Shown here one piece after another: positions 62,550 to 64,000 of a stretch of 64,000 nt of DNA (its first letter is position 1; every line of letters starts with the position of its first letter). The stretch covers positions 27,199,623 through 27,263,622 of the forward strand of contig NC_057719.1 of NCBI RefSeq assembly GCF_004010195.1, written 5' to 3'. Origin of the DNA: Chiloscyllium plagiosum (lineage: Eukaryota). The notes under the pieces were generated by a model that saw only the letters and a list, made by a program, of their open reading frames with translations, did not search any database and was not told where the DNA came from. The position numbers were made by a program, and so were the translations under genes.

Positions 62550-63770
62550 TACATGCAATTGGAAAGGCAGGGACTGTTTAGGGGTCGTCAACATGACTTT
62601 GTGTTTGGGAAATTGTGTCTCACTAAGTGGATTGAAATTTTTGAAGAGGTGACAATGAAGATTGATGAAGACAAATCGCTAGGCATTGTCCATATGGACT
62701 TCAGCAAGGCATTTGCTACTTTTCATCACTTACATAAGTGATTTGGATGTAAATATAGAGGTCAATGGTAGAGGGTTGTTTTTTGAACTGGAGGTCTGTG
62801 ACCAGCAGTTTTCCACAGAGATTGGTACTGTCATTTACATAAATGATTTGGATGAGAATACAGGAAGTGTGGTTAGTAAGATTGCGGATGGCATCAAATT
62901 TGGTTGTATAGTGAACAGTGAAGAAAGTTATGGAAGAGTACAATAGGATCATGATCAAGTGGGCCAATGAATCGAGGAGTGACATCTGGACTTTAATTTA
63001 AATAAATGAGTCATTGCATTTACGTAAGGCAAACCAAGGCAGGGCTTCTACAACTATTGGTAGGGCCTGAGGAGGGTTGCCGATTGAAGAGACCAGAAGT
63101 GCAGGTGCATTGTTGCTTGAAGGTCGAGTTACAGATAGATAGGGTGGTGAAGAAAGTATTTGGCACCTTGCATGGGTTAGTGCATTGAGTTTAAGAGTTG
63201 GGACATCACATTGTGGCTGTGCAGGACACTGGTGAGGCCACTTTTAGAATACTGCATTTAATTCTCAGCTCCCTAATACAGAAAACATGTTGTTGAACTT
63301 GAAAGGGTTCAGAAAAGATTTATAAGGATATTGTCAGGTGTTTGGAGGGTTTGAGCTACAGGGCAAGGCTGAATAGGCTGTGGCTTTTTATTTCCCTGGA
63401 GTATCAGAGGCTGACAGGTGACCTTATAGAGGTTTATAAAGTCAGGGATAGGGTGAATAGCCAAGGTATTTTTCCCAGTATAGGGGAGATCAAAACTAGA
63501 GGGCACAGTTTTAAGGTGAGAAGGTAAACATTTAAAAGAGACCTGAGGGGCAGAGTGTGGTGGGTGTACGGAGTGAGCTGCAATTGGAGGTGGTGGAGGG
63601 GAATACAATTACAACATTTAAAAGGCATCTGAATGGGTACATGAATAGGAAGGATTTAGAGATTAATAGGCCAAAGTATGGCAAATAGAATTAGATCAGT
63701 TCAGGATATCTGGTCAGTGTAGACGAATTGAACCAAAAGGTTTGTGCATTGCTGTAGAACACTATGACAC
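62550..63770 (+). mobile_element. CR1 LINE RT to 3' end (decayed). A short minus-strand CR1 3' remnant lies at ~62025-62270
   Basis: QHDFVFGKLCLTK..MDFSKAF, KIADGIKF and LTGDLIEVYK..TRGHSFKVR. Confidence 0.9.
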
Positions 63771-63923
63771 CAAAGTTAAGATTCCACCAATCTATTCAGG
63801 GGATGGTTACCTTAGGAATGTATAAATTTTCTTTGAGATGGCAACTGATCCCTCAGATTATTGAGGCTATCATTAAGAGGCAAAAGCATAGCTAATTAAT
63901 CCTTGATGTGGTCTGTCTTTACA

Positions 63924-64000
63924 CATGATTTGGAGATGCCAGTGTTGGACTTACAACCACCTAATGAAGGAGCGGCGCTCCGAAAGCCAGTGCTTCCAAT
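63924..64000. mobile_element. Family B element running off the window end
   Basis: ATGATTTGGAGATGCCAGTGTTGGACT followed by a mutated core CAC-CTAATGA-AGGAGCGGCGCTCC-GAAAG-CCA-GTG. Confidence 0.8.

Larger units (their letters stand above)
61290..63923 (+). pseudogene. Fossil Tigger/pogo (CENP-B/TIGD-like) transposase broken by younger insertions
   Basis: Blocks in the expected order: RKRMRTAAHPNIEDIVLMQFTAAEAENVSISRTIL (from 61429), WLD*FKRR, VSGE, FQPDLSLPFQGET, FVIG/KSKQ, KRKMITLTDNCS..LRNVKL (~62465-62540), QGMV..RWQLIPQIIEAI..ILDVV (~63797-63923). Confidence 0.75.

Overview
Eukaryotic, repeat-dense, non-coding DNA. A cartilaginous fish (shark) origin is inferred from HE1-like V-SINEs, a SacSINE1-like DeuSINE and HER1/CR1-type LINEs. 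I found no host exon, rRNA, true tRNA or CRISPR array, and every recognisable ORF is a decayed transposon fragment. Most of the window is CR1 LINE copies, two of which retain ORF1. It also holds a second L2/CR1-group LINE family, three SINE families, a Penelope-like element with an inverted pseudo-LTR, a Tigger/pogo MITE and a fossil Tigger/pogo transposase. Three observations stand out. (1) A ~1.1 kb 3' fragment of an R2 retrotransposon (normally 28S-rDNA specific) lies outside rDNA inside a CR1, at a site resembling the 28S target, and was later split by another CR1. (2) About ten short, mostly palindromic, TSD-flanked elements in two families carry minimal hammerhead ribozyme cores, two with all core nucleotides intact, and a third hammerhead family sits in the Penelope pseudo-LTR. 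(3) A ~3.3 kb minisatellite has a 37-bp unit that is the CR1 RT motif VTSGVPQGSV, amplified in place. Family names come from my recognition of motifs, not database searches. Boundaries of old elements are approximate.
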